The notes under the pieces are model-generated. The model saw only the letters and a list, made by a program, of their open reading frames with translations, ran no database searches and was not told the origin of the DNA. The position numbers and the translations under genes are program-made. Shown here in pieces: positions 1 to 11,916 of a stretch of DNA of 64,000 nt (position 1 is its first letter; the number at the start of each line of letters is the position of its first letter). This DNA is from Selaginella moellendorffii. Lineage: Eukaryota; Plantae; Lycopodiophyta. The stretch covers positions 216,318-280,317 of the forward strand of contig NW_003314412.1 of NCBI RefSeq assembly GCF_000143415.4, in the 5' to 3' direction.

Positions 1-43
1 CTCTTGATACGCCTGGTTTCAGTAACTAATGTGGTCTTTACAG

Positions 44-882
44 GAGGAATTTCTTAACGACGTTGTCCAGTTTTTGGTTTCCAGAGGACACGGTCGACTC
101 ATTCCTCCAACTGGTATCGAGGCCTTTCCGGATGTTGTGTTGAACGGCAAGAGGCTCGATCTCTATAACCTGTACCGGGAGGTAAGTTTCGCGTGTTAAT
201 TTTCTTTTGTGCGGAGCCCCTGTTGGCCCACCTTTCGATGTTTCAGGTCGTCTCCAGAGGAGGCTTTCGGGTTGGGAATGGCATCAACTGGAAAGGTCAA
301 ATATTTTCGAAGATGCGTAACCACACAACAACAAACAGAATGACTGTATGTGGCATTCTTTTCCCGCAAAGTTGACTTCGGGGCTGAATGTGTCGTTTTA
401 TCTCTGGCAGGGCGTCGGCAATACACTAAAGAAGCACTACGAAACATATCTTTTGGAGTACGAGCTTGCGCACGACGATGTGGATGGCGAGTGCTGCATC
501 TTGTGTCACAGGTGAGCGGAGCACGACTTTACTTTCTTTCTCTGTGGAAATCCCATTTGCACTGACGCGCTGGTTGTACAAAAACACTTGCAGCAGCGCA
601 GAGGGCGACTGGGTGAACTGCGGCATCTGTGGCGAGTGGGCTCACTTCGGGTGCGATAGAAGGACGGGCCTGGCAACATTCAAGGTACGTGGACGGTGGC
701 GGTCCGGCGTGGTTTTCCTCACATTCCAACTTTGTTTGCTTTAGGAGTATGCGAAGACGGACGGGCTCGAGTACATATGTCCTCGCTGCAGCGTTGGCTC
801 TGCCAGAGGCGTGACGTCGAGGAAGAAGCAAAGGCCTTCTTCCGGGGACGGTCTCGTCATCTTCAAAGGCAGGAAGAATTGA
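44..882 (+). CDS. ARID4: ARID/BRIGHT + PHD-finger protein (ARID4-like), 3' exons; gene begins upstream of window
   Basis: Spliced exons read EEFLNDVVQFL..LNGKRLDLYNLYRE/VVSRGGFRVGNGINWKGQIFSKM/GVGNTLKKHYETYLLEYELAHDDVDGECCILCH/WVNCGICGEWAHFGCDRR/EYAKTDGLEYICPRC; GT-AG introns; TGA 880-882. Confidence 0.9.
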
Positions 883-1438
883 TTGGAAGACTCCAAGGAG
901 GAGCAAAGGAGCCAAGGAGGAGGAGGAGGAGGTGTTTGTATATTCCAAGAGTTTTTGTGGGGGCAGAGGTCTGTTGCTTTGTACATTGTATAGGAGAAGG
1001 AGAAAAACGCACCAAAAAAAAAAAAAAAAAAAAAACAGATGGATTGATTTCTCTCTTCTCTCATCACATTGTAAATGTGATGATAAGGAGCGAGCTAAAA
1101 GGAAGCAAAAGATATAGAGAATCAAAGATTGTTTTGTTTAATACCCCAAGTCTTCCAAGTTCTCTCTTGTTGTTGTCCAGGGGAGGGGCTAAAGTGCCCA
1201 CCACCAAACAATAAAGAATATACAAGGATAGAAACAACTGGAAAGCCACTGTGCAAAGCATCCCACTCTTTTCATGTGAACTCTCTCCTCTCCCCCTCTC
1301 TCTCCCCGGTCTTTTTTTTCATATAAGAGAGGGAGTGACTTCTACGTAGGGAGTTTAAAGTCGTCTCTCGTTTCTTCTCTCTTCCTTGTCTCCTTTGCTT
1401 GGGAGAGTTCCGTTTGGCGGCCAGCGCTCGTGACAGCC

Positions 1439-2139
1439 ATGAGTAGCAGCTCACCAAAGAGAATGTCCGCCGAAAGCCAGGTATGGAGAAACTTCTCCTT
1501 TTCGAAAAGGTTCTAGTTTGTCCGTGTGCTTGGATCCGGAAGAAAGAGTACCTGGCCGCCGCAATTGACTACATACAGCACCTGGAGCGGAGCGTGCAGT
1601 GCCTCCGGGACGAAGTTTGCAAGGCGCAAGAGCAAACCGACGAGGATCTCAACGACGATGCCTCGTCGCTCACCACCAGCTGCGTCTCCGGCCTGGAATC
1701 CAGCGACAATATCAATAGCATCGTCTTGCAAGTAAGCGGAGGAGAAGTGAAAAACTTCTCTTCCTTTCCCTTTCCCCTTCCTGTGTTCTTGGATCATGAT
1801 ATTCATTCTTTTGTGTCGACGTAAAGTTGGAGGTGTCCCGGGACGACAGCAGCAGCATGTATGCCTTCCACATCGTCTGTAAAAGCGAGCAGCAAGCTCT
1901 AGAGAGATTGGTGAGAGCGTTCGAGGAGCTGGACGTGGAGGTCCAGCAGGCCAACATCACGACGCGAAACGAGCAAATAAGCAGCTATTACCTCGTCAAG
2001 GTACTGAAAAGTGGCCCGTCCGTACCTACGTGTGTTTTGTTCTTCCTGCTCTCAGGCCCCGCAATGGAGCCGCCTCAGCTCAGACGATGTAAAGAAGGAG
2101 TTTCTCAGCACGATGTCCAGGATTGGTGTGCCACTGTGA
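1439..2139 (+). CDS. Small HLH + ACT-like domain protein (atypical bHLH); first acceptor site uncertain
   Basis: KKEYLAAAIDYIQHLERSVQCL (bHLH helix 2/zipper), acidic Ser-rich linker, then AFHIVCKSEQQALERLVRAFEELDVEVQQANIT (plant bHLH ACT-like); last exon ends TGA 2137-2139. Confidence 0.7.
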
Positions 2140-2167
2140 CATATGAACTTCTTTGGTGGCTGGCATG

Positions 2168-5100
2168 TCAGTTCAAAATCTGTGGTCTAGACTGGACAAT
2201 TGCTACATTTCCGCTGCTGTACACACCTTCTATATCCTGTGTGATCAAAAAGATGAATCTTAAATTTTAATCAGTACAATGCTTAGATTACCTGTGGCTG
2301 TCCATTGAATGCAGCCTCCACATTGATCCCGACTTGACAGACCGCTTTCAGAAGCTGACCACGAAACTGATAGAAGAAAACAAGATGAGAAAATAGAACG
2401 AGGAAAGTGGAACACACTCACAGCATGGTCCCATATGAGTCGTTCTTCGCTATAGTCTAGCACGACCTCCTTGGAGACATCTACGGTGACACTGTCATAT
2501 CTGCCCAACTAAAGGTTAGCTCCAGTGAAAAAGATATGTAGAGCTGTACTTACAGTCCAGCACCAGAAAAGCCTTCAAGATCTTCGCCATTTGAATCCGA
2601 TCGTGCGATGACCGTTCCTTCGGCTGCAAACAGTCCAACGCGCTTCGAAGGCAGTGATAAAATCCTCGCTTCTACAAAAGTGGAGAGGTTCAGACAGGTT
2701 ATCAGCCATGCTAACTGGTCCGCACCTTCCAGATTCGATTTAGCAACAGTGAAACTAAATGCACTGCCCTTATGATTCCCCACAAGGACCTCTCCCAAGC
2801 CTGGAACAATCTGCAGCTTCGAGGTATGCTTGTCAAAAACCTCTCGTGGCCAAATATAAGTTACCTCACAGAACATCAATTCCGGGTCTTTTGCAATAGG
2901 ATGCATTGTATGGATCACAAATGCATAGTCGGTTGCAATAACTTTCTGGATCAGACAACCCATAAAAAGTGCCTCGTCAGGAATTCCATGAGCTCGCCTA
3001 CTAAGCCTGGAAAGGAAAGACAAAGCTATAAGAGATTTCAACGATAGGACAAGAAGTTACCATGCTCTATCAGTCCATTTACTTGACCACACTTGGCATA
3101 TGGCTTGCCACGCTTTTTCCCAATTGTCCTCATTCTCCCATGCACCCGTCGGTATCAAACCACAAGCCTCCGCTACACTGGTCACTTGTCGCTTCAGATC
3201 CTTGGGGACTGTCAGTTTAGTTCTGACAAGGCCCCGAATTCTAGCCAATTCGGTGGAAATTCTGCATTTTAAAAAGCATTCACGCGAGATGTGAAGATTT
3301 ACAAAGCTCACCTTTCTGAGTCAGACGTTGCTTTCAACCTCTGTAACGAAAAGCCAAAGGGAGAATTCACTCCAGAATTGATAGGATCGTTCATAACGCT
3401 CTCAAAAACACCAAGGGGCAAAGCAATGGACGGAGGAAGCTGAAACAGAAATTTAACGTTATAAACAGCTTAAAACCAAGTTTACCAAAACTGATTTGTC
3501 CAAGGCCTTTCTCATCATAGAGATCTTTATGGATTTTGCGCCAACTTTCCCTTCCTCAAACTCGTCCTCTGACAGCACAAGTTTCTCCAGCTAGAGACAA
3601 GCGCATGAGGAAAATTGAGGTGTAAAGGAAGATAGACACAAACCTGGTAATTCCTTATGGAAGAAGTTTTAACGTGGGTAGTGCCTGTAGAAGAACAAAA
3701 AATTACTAAACATCAACCAGTATCAAAGTGTACCCACAATTTTCGGCTTTGAGATCGTGTTCGGCACATTCATCGCATTCAGAAACTAGAACTTGCCCTG
3801 ATGCACCAATGTTAACAAGAACATGTTGTCCTGACAAAACCTCACAGAGTGTCACGGCGTTGATTATAAAGCTTCTTACGGAATACCTGAGAAAGACTTC
3901 AGACTTCCAAACTCCTCGCTGCTAAAGCAGCTAGAGAGCAAAACCTGTTCACTAGAAGAATGTAGTTAACTCCATCCTAATAAAATACGTACCTGAGAAT
4001 CTCGTGCACGAATTGCAACGTGGCTGAGCATATCAACAGTGCTCGCACACAGCACAGCAGTTACACCAACTGGTATGTCTTCCATGCCATCTACCTATAT
4101 TATCTTGACAAAGCAAAGATCAGAAAAGAAACTCTCACCTTCTCTGTAAGAACAACATGTGGTTCCGAGTAAGTAAGACCTTGAATTGATGACAACGTTG
4201 GAAGGACCACGACCTTTCCAACCGCAGAAGGCTGATGGCTTACAACCTGCAAGAACTAAAGTAAAACAAGAGAGAGAAAAACTTTATAGAACGTGCACCT
4301 GCCAAGTGCTTAGTCCCGCAGTTCCACGAAGAATCGATTGCAATCTCTGTAGAAGGCCGGATATATTAAAGAGTACTTGTCCTCGTACAACCTATGTAGA
4401 GCAGTAGTTACAACATAGCGACCAATAGCCTACAACTTGCAAACCTCTTCACCAAAATTCTTTATGTAGCTTTCTGCAATACCACATGCTTTACCAAGAA
4501 TTTCCGCATTCGGTTGTACAATCTTGTAAATGTGATCCATATAATCTGCAAGGCTCGCAACAGTGAAAACTATGAACTTGCTAGAAAGATGAAAAAACCT
4601 TCAACTGAGAGTGCTATTCGATCAGCAGCGGACATAGCCAGCAGCGCCCAGGTTGATGTCCATCTCGGTTCTGCTTTCACCTGTACGTTCTTATCAACAC
4701 AGAAGCTTGCAAATCGACAACGTGCATACTTTATTCCAGTATTTCAGGCACATGTTAAGCTCCTCACTTTCGGCATCGATGCAGCAGTTCTCAAGAACAA
4801 GAGATAGGAGCTCGCATAAGTCATCTCCGCTTAGTGCAGACTGAAACACGAGAGTTAGAATTGGCATATAACATTGGAGTTTTACCTTGTCAATCCGTCC
4901 AATAGAAAGCCCAAAAAAGTTGTTGAGAGCAATATCCAGCAGCATTACGTCCCTCTGCACCAGACCTCCTCTCCATACTTTCTCAAGTTTCTTCCTGGCC
5001 TTGACAAGTTCTCCAGGTATCCACCTGTTCAAGCTTAAGTTGTAAACTAGCAATTGAAATCACAAAGAAAATACAAACCAAGCATCCCGGTTGCCAAGTA

Positions 5101-7137
5101 TATTGTAAATTATGCTCTTGATCTCATCATCCAGGTACCCCTTGCTCATCTCAGCCATGACATCCAGGTCCGCGCCAGAGTGAACGGTTTTCAAGATCCA
5201 AAGGAAATGCTGAATATGGAATAGCAATCAAAAACTTTAAGCCGTCAACAGTAAATGAAGAGAGCACCTGAAAAGCAGGAATCAGGTGGGGAAGATGGAC
5301 AGGATGTCCAGTGATAGGATGATCCATCGTTTCTATCCATTCCTTGCTTATGCGTCCGTTGTTCCTGAGTTATTTAACTATCAGAACGTTCGTCAAAAAC
5401 TGGAACTCCAGACCATAGAGTTTGATAAAAATTGTCCATGTTATTTGTCCGTAAAAAGTGAAGGTAAGCCTGCATCTCACACACAAACCCACTGCGACAT
5501 TGAACATGGATAAACACATTACTACCTCACATATGTGTATGTCCTCTGAAGAAGTGTTGGTATGCAGCTTTTGATGCCACTGTTCTAGAAAATGATCTTC
5601 AATTCCTGGCCTTCACAACACCATTAAAACTTTGTCCTGGTTTCAGGGAAAACATATAAGGATTGCATTGTTACCTATGTCCCTCGCGAATCCCGTTCTC
5701 TCGCATAATGTTTAATATTCTGCAAGCTAAAAGCTTAGTAAAGCATGCTGTTGGCCTAAGCAATCGTTTACCCCATTCGAATCTGGTCAGCATCCCCACC
5801 TCCACGGGGAAGTGTGGACAAGATCAGTCTTGCGAACTTTTTGATGGTAGGATCTTTCCCACGGGCTGCTTTCTCAGCCATCAAGGACGCTAGCCGCTAT
5901 ATTGAAAGGAGAAAAGAAAACAAAAGAGCAGAAGTTAACGAAACATACGAACTCACTAGAGTCCGAAGGGTACCTCTTGGACATACGCAATATCCTTTGA
6001 CTGATAATTGCATTTTCTGTACCATGTAAGCTGCAGACAAGCCATCAACGCAAAGAGGTTTTCAAACTTTGTGAGGTTTTTAGCACCTGTTTAAGTGCTG
6101 AAAAGCGCAGCCAAGTATACATGAATGCCATGCCATTAGCACCAATTTCCTCCGCCGCATCCACAAGCTCCGAAGCTAGGATAAACCGATTAAACAGGGA
6201 CCAGTTATCAAAAGTGGTTTCTGATAAGATCACCTGTAAAGCTTTTATAAGAACGAGTTACCAGACAAAGCCAAACTTCATGCCTGCTCCATAAGATCGT
6301 TGAGTTCAAAGCATTTCAAGGGAACTTGAAAACAACCGTTGTTGTTGTACCAAGCTCCATCAGTATCCTGCAAGAAAGACCATAAGAATGGTGTTTCATG
6401 GCAAGACGACTCACCTTTAGCACAAAAACGAGGCACCGAGGAACTTCCAGCTCGGGAATTTTCATGGAAATCTGCGACGATCAGGAACGAAGTTTAAAGC
6501 TTGGCAGCAAAACTTTGTCTCACCTCCCAGCTTCCAGACTCAGATCGAGTGAACGGAGTCTCGATGGCTCTGTCAGTGACTTGAACAGTCCCACTGGGCC
6601 ACCACGAAGCACTAGGAAGGGACCAATTATTCACAGCCCAGTGAAGAGTCTAGACGAAAAGAGAAAAAGAGTTAGAACCGAGAGCTCAAAACCAGAAGAA
6701 GATCTTACCAATCCTCCAAGAGGCGCGCTGAGAAGAACCTCGTAGAACGTCTCATTGAGCGCATCCTTGAGCGAGACGGTCACGGTCACGGCGCTCTCGG
6801 GCTTGAAAACGAACGTAAACGTCTCATCCACATGAGATTCCAGGTCCTGGAGGATGCTACACCTGTGACTAGTCGCCGACGCGCAAGCGGACACTTGCGC
6901 CTGGGCATCAATGCTGGTCATGGTCGATCCATAGGCCTGGGAGCTGCACTCGTCATCCACTGCCGAGCACACGCATCTCCCCGGCCTCTCTCGTGAGAGA
7001 ACGATCGCGGCGCCGAAATTTCGCGCATTCTTGCCGTGGATTCTCAAAGAATCGCCTGCCGCGACCGGATTTCCAGCGCGATTCGCTACAGCTCGCGAGA
7101 AGACGCTGCTCGGAGCATCGAACAGCGCTAGAGCCAT
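2168..7137 (-). CDS. GWD: Alpha-glucan, water dikinase (multi-exon, N-terminal transit-peptide-like sequence)
   Basis: Phosphohistidine motif DMLSHVAIRARD (~3997-4035), WHQKLHTNTS, LKTVHSGADLD, PPDK-type nucleotide-binding motifs VWSSKWTDRA, PGLGEVLVG, RSDSNGEDLEGFSGAG, terminal DIEGVY..VQSRPQILN*. Confidence 0.92.
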
Positions 7138-7345
7138 GGGAAAACCTGAGCCCTAACCTCGGATTTGTGAGATTCACTGTAAGGAGACAATTTGGATCCC
7201 TGCGCCACGGCGACGTGTCCGATCCTTGTGAAGCTCCACCAACAATGACGGCAATCTCGGTTAGCGCTCACAGAACGAAATATTTAGATCAAGGAACTAG
7301 CCTTAGGTTAATTCAAAATTGGGCGGGAAAGCTCTCGGAGCAGAG

Positions 7346-7355
7346 ATTAGGGTTT
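7346..7355 (-). promoter_or_regulatory. Telo-box (AAACCCTAAT) in the GWD/MND1 divergent promoter
   Basis: attagggttt directly upstream of the MND1 ATG. Confidence 0.55.
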
Positions 7356-7371
7356 ATCCGCGTCGCCGCCC

Positions 7372-8589
7372 ATGGTAAGCGCATTCTCACCTCGTTCTTC
7401 TTCGATCGCCCAGCTTGTCTTTGATCGCCGAGCTTGTCTCGTGATTTCTCTCAAGCATTAGCATTCTTTTCGAGATTTCTCGACCATTTCTCATCGATCT
7501 TTTGGGGATTTTGGCAGTCGAAGAAGCGAGGGCTTTCCTTGGAGGACAAAAGGGAGCAGCTCTTACAGATCTTTTACGAAAGCCAGGATTTCTATCTGGT
7601 AAGGTCCTCGATTGATAGCATTGGATGGATATGGATAAATTTTTCTAACGCTGCTCAGCTTCGTGAGCTAGAGAAGCTCGGCCCACGAAAGGGTGTGATC
7701 AGCCAGGCTGTCAAGGACGTGCTGCAAAGCCTGGTGGATGATGATCTTGTCTTCAAAGATAAGATAGGCACCTCAGTAAGTTCTTAGACCATTGTTTTCG
7801 AATGCCAGGTAATTTTTTTCTCAGGTATATTTCTGGAGCCTTCCTAGTCGCGCAGGACATCAGGTAATCAGGCACGACTGGAATTTTTCTTTGTTTTTTA
7901 TAAGGTTTTTTTCTTTTTTTCTTTACTCCAGCTTCGCCAAGTTCGAGCAAAGCTCGAAGCTGACTTGTCTGCAACGAAGTCCCATCGGCTGGAGCTGGAA
8001 AAGATGAAGGAATCGTCCAAGAAAGGAAGAGAAAACTCGGTAAGTTCACTATCTCGTCACTTGAGTTTAATTCTTCTTTTAACGCTGCATTATAGGATGA
8101 GAGGGAGGCGGCAATAGCTGAGCTCAACGAAATGGAACAAGAACACAAAGCTTTGAAGGTGAACTAACCAACAATAACCTCTTGACATCTTAAGATCTTT
8201 GCTTTCCAGGATGAGCTCGAGCAATATGCGGACAATGATCCAGCTCTCTGCGAGAACATGAGTGAGTCGCTCTCATCCATGAAACCATTTCAAAGCTCAT
8301 AGTTTATTTTCCAGAAAACGCCACAGAGATTGCTCATCAAGCGGTGAATCGCTGGACAGGTGAGTACTTGAAGAAAAAAAAACTAAAGTAGCACTGAACC
8401 TCGTTCGTTGTTCTTTTCCATCCAGACAACGTCTTCTCTCTCCAGAATTGGTGCAGCAACAATTTCCCCGAGGCAAAAGAGCGGCTGCAATCAGTCTATA
8501 AAGAAGTAGGCAAGATATCTCGTGACAACTTTTTAACTTTTGCCTCTCCACAGGTGGGAATAAATGACGACTTCGATTACCTCGATTAA
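7372..8589 (+). CDS. MND1: Meiotic nuclear division protein 1
   Basis: ATG followed by an intron, then SKKRGLSLEDKREQLLQIFYESQDFYL/LRELEKLGPRKGVISQAVKDVLQSLVDD..KIGTS/VYFWSLPS..AVNRWT/DNVFSLQNWC..; TAA 8587-8589. Confidence 0.95.
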
Positions 8590-8672
8590 CAGATCCAAGG
8601 ACAAGCTCTTCTTTGCGAGATCTGTGACTGTCAGTAAGTAAATGTGTTCTTAAATAACTACACTATGTGTTA

Positions 8673-10310
8673 TCAGATCAAGACACCCTTAGCTCTCGTG
8701 ATGCTTTCTACAAGTCGATATATCCAGCGGTCAAGCATCCCTATCACCGCAAAAGCATAAAGTGACGCAAAAGAAATATCATAAGATACGATACCTGTCA
8801 AAGAAAAGGTCCCGCCAACAATAGCACAGAATCGCGTAAGCAAATGTCCAAAGCTTCTCCTTTCCTCTTTGATTAACACCGTGATGGGCGATAAATCGTA
8901 CAAGAAGTAGACCGCTGCTCCATCAAAAAATCACATCAAACGCGAACGAAGAAGAAAAACAACCCAACCTGGCCAGCTTATGTCGTCGTCTCGAGCAGCT
9001 AAATAATACTCTCCCACTGAGAACTGATTTGTAGGAAGCTTTCCACCATTCAAGTATCTATACTCTGTTGGCACGATCTTTTCAAAGAACAGAAGCAAAG
9101 ATTTGTCGCGTGCACGAGAATTGAAAAGACTACCTTGATGAAATACTTGAATGTGCCCGCGGTGTCACGTAAAATCCGCACAGTTCTATCCAGCGGGTTG
9201 TGAATCCCGGGATACTTTGGTCCGAACGAGAGATCGTTGATTATATGGCTCACGTTAACTTCCTTGACGCTGTGGAAGATCTGTAAGAACAGTGCCCGTA
9301 GAGCTTTTGATTCGATATATTTCCATTTGAACGAAAGAATCGATCGAAACTTGCCTGGCGCGCAACCTGGAGGCTCATCCCGTGCATGGAGATATGGAAG
9401 TTTCCCGCAACTCTTTCCACGTCTAGAACACCAAAAACCTGAGCAAGAACACAAAGGATAAAAGGAATAGACTTGGAAAAAACGAGTGTAAGATTTGTAT
9501 TTACCCGGCAGCCTTCCCCATCTTGAAGTGCCTTGTTGATTTCGTTCACAACCTTTACGGCGCTCCGTAGTTCCTCATGCGAATGGAAAATGCCTGTGAG
9601 GTTATCTGAAACAAAAACCGGCAGAGAAGAATGATAAATCTATGAGCGCGAGAAACAAACCATGGGCATGTTCCTTCTCAACAAGGTCTGATAGATACTC
9701 CGATCCCAAAATGTGACCGTCTTTGTGGAGACGAAGCTAGAGAAAATCGAAAACAAAGTATAAGACGCGAGAGAAGAACTATAGAATTCACGGTTACCTT
9801 CCAAATGTTCGTGTCTAGATCAACTTCGTGTTTGCCAGACATGTCGATAGCATCCACGCTCAGAACTTAGAACAAGGAAATGTGAAGTTAGATCGTAAAT
9901 TCATCAAAGAAGAGATTCTTTTTACTCTGGCAAGGCAGTGAGGGGAACGTAATGTTAATGTGAATTGGAAGATTTTGCCCGCGCGTCGTGTCTACCGACA
10001 TCTGGTTTCCAAAAAGAATGATCAATCCTCCAAGCAAAACAAGAAGAAAGACCCAAACCTGGTGCACGACATTCGTCGAGAGATAGAACTTAAACTCGTA
10101 CGCAAACAAAACGAGAATGATGCTCACTCCCACAATCGTCACTGAACGAAGAATTCGAAAAGAGAAGCTTAGCTCCGATCGAGGGAAGAGACACAAGAAC
10201 TTCGAAAATTCGCCAGATCGGGACTTACAAATGGCTCCAGAGACCGTCTTCTGCGTGAGATGCTCATCCGCGTGCGCGAATGCGTTGATATTCTTCATCT
10301 TCAACCCCAT
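8673..10310 (-). CDS. ERGIC3: ER-Golgi intermediate compartment protein (ERGIC3/Erv46-like)
   Basis: INAFAHADEHLTQKTVSGA, TM helix, HINITFPSLPC, GEGCRVFGVLDVERVAGNFHIS, SHIINDLSFGPKYPGIHNPLD, YDLSPITV..TRFCAIVGGTF. Confidence 0.93.
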
Positions 10311-10343
10311 AGCTCAAGATCCTCAAAGCATTGCCCTGGCGAT

Positions 10344-10426
10344 AAACCCTAGAAAAGATTTCTAGGGCTTGTTGGTTTTTACCCTTTGAAAATAGTCAAA
10401 CATTTTAAACGCTCCTATTAGGGTTT
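10344..10426. promoter_or_regulatory. Oppositely oriented telo-boxes in the 120-bp ERGIC3/GNAT bidirectional promoter
   Basis: AAACCCTA at 10344-10351 and ATTAGGGTTT at 10417-10426. Confidence 0.6.
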
Positions 10427-10430
10427 TAGC

Positions 10431-11235
10431 ATGGCGTGCCATAGGGTTTCGTCGTTCGTCGCCCTGGGAGGCGCATTGGGGGGCCGCCATGGAGTTCCAT
10501 CGCAGGTCAGTCGGAAACTCTTACTCCATCGACCGCGCATGCTTGTTTTGCTGCTCGATTCCTCCTAGATTTTGAGATATTTCACGCGAGCCTCACAATT
10601 TCTCGCCTCGAGCTCCCTTTGCATTTCTTACTGACCGCTCGACTGTGCAGGATCACATCTTCTTCCCTTGCTCCACCGCTCAATCCAGGCCCCGGAGCTT
10701 CGCCGGCTCCAAGAATCCCCGAAAATCTCCCTGCTGCTTCGCTCAGGCGGCGCAGCTCGAGGCCCTGGGCATCACCGAGACGGGGAAGTTCTCCATGAGC
10801 GACGACGATCTCTCCTCGCGGGGATTCCAGCTCCACAGGTCGCTCGACAACATCAACCTCGACGATCTCAACGCGCTCTTCGTCAAGGTGGGCTTCCCTC
10901 GTCGCCAAAACGAGAAGCTTTTACGTGCTTTGGAACACACAGGGACCATGCTGTGGGTCACAAAGGCTGGCAGCGTCATAGCTTTCGCCAGGGCCACGGG
11001 CGACGACGTCTTTAACGCGATCATCTGGGACGTGGTGGTGGATCCAGCGTTCCAAGGGATTGGTCTGGGAAAAGCAGTGATGGAGAGGCTCATGGCCGAC
11101 TTGACAAGGAAGGGAATCACCAACATCGTTCTCTATGCCGAGCCCAACGTTTTGGGATTCTACAAGCCGCTGGGATTCGTCGTGGACCCGGATGGGATTC
11201 GTGCGATGTCCCTGAGTCGCAGACGAAGAGCATAG
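10431..11235 (+). CDS. Plastid GNAT acetyltransferase (SNAT2/GNAT1, NSI/Ycf52-like); one intron near 10506-10650
   Basis: Transit-peptide-like exon 1 (MACHRVSSF..), then FARATGDDVFNAIIWDVVVDPAFQGIGLGKAVMERL (acetyl-CoA motif A, QxxGxG), LYAEPNVLGFYKPLGF. Confidence 0.88.
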
Positions 11236-11733
11236 GTCACCGGTAAGAAAAGGAAAACTCTTTTTAGTTTTGTAAGATCGGTTGTTCTCTACTGACAAAT
11301 GGTGTGGCTGTTTGCAGTGCTCGAGAACTTGGCATTACTGGGCTTGCAAACTTATGGTACGTGTTCAAGGATTGCAAAGCTGTCATTCTTGAGTTTTTCT
11401 TGCTCGGGACGTGATGTTGTAGTAAAAGGTCTGAGGACAGGTTTATCCTAGAGTGTCTAGGAAGTGGCCAAGTTGGATGGAGGACAGCTTTTGGAAATGC
11501 TCGAGTTTAGTATTTCACTATTGCAAGTCCTCCACAGTTTTATCTTGTTTAATTGCAGAAGGTTGAGAAAAAGGCGCAGGCTGCTGGTAAAGATTAACCA
11601 GACGGCCTAGACTTTGCCTTCCACATTCTACTCGACTTTTGGCTTGCCTTGCACTTTGATGGATTGCTGTATCCTGTGACGCCTATCCTGACTGATCCCA
11701 TCCTTTTCTTCTTTTTACTTTTTGTTTATTCCT

Positions 11734-11751
11734 TGTGTGTGTGTGTGTGTG
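11734..11751. repeat. (TG)n microsatellite
   Basis: tgtgtgtgtgtgtgtgtg. Confidence 0.9.
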
Positions 11752-11916
11752 CTGTTCTTTTTATATGTCTGTTCGTGTTGACGTGATGTACATTCTGTGA
11801 TCATGGCACGATCATGCCGTATGACTTACAGGACATGTTCGGCAGAACCGTATAAAAGGAGCAGTCTTGCATGAAGTTGCATATCCAAGTTTTGGATTGC
11901 TTCCTCTCTCCTAGCT

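Noticed and set aside
1013-1035. Poly(A) run as a retroposon tail
   Set aside because: No TSD or element body identified; simple homopolymer in a 3' region
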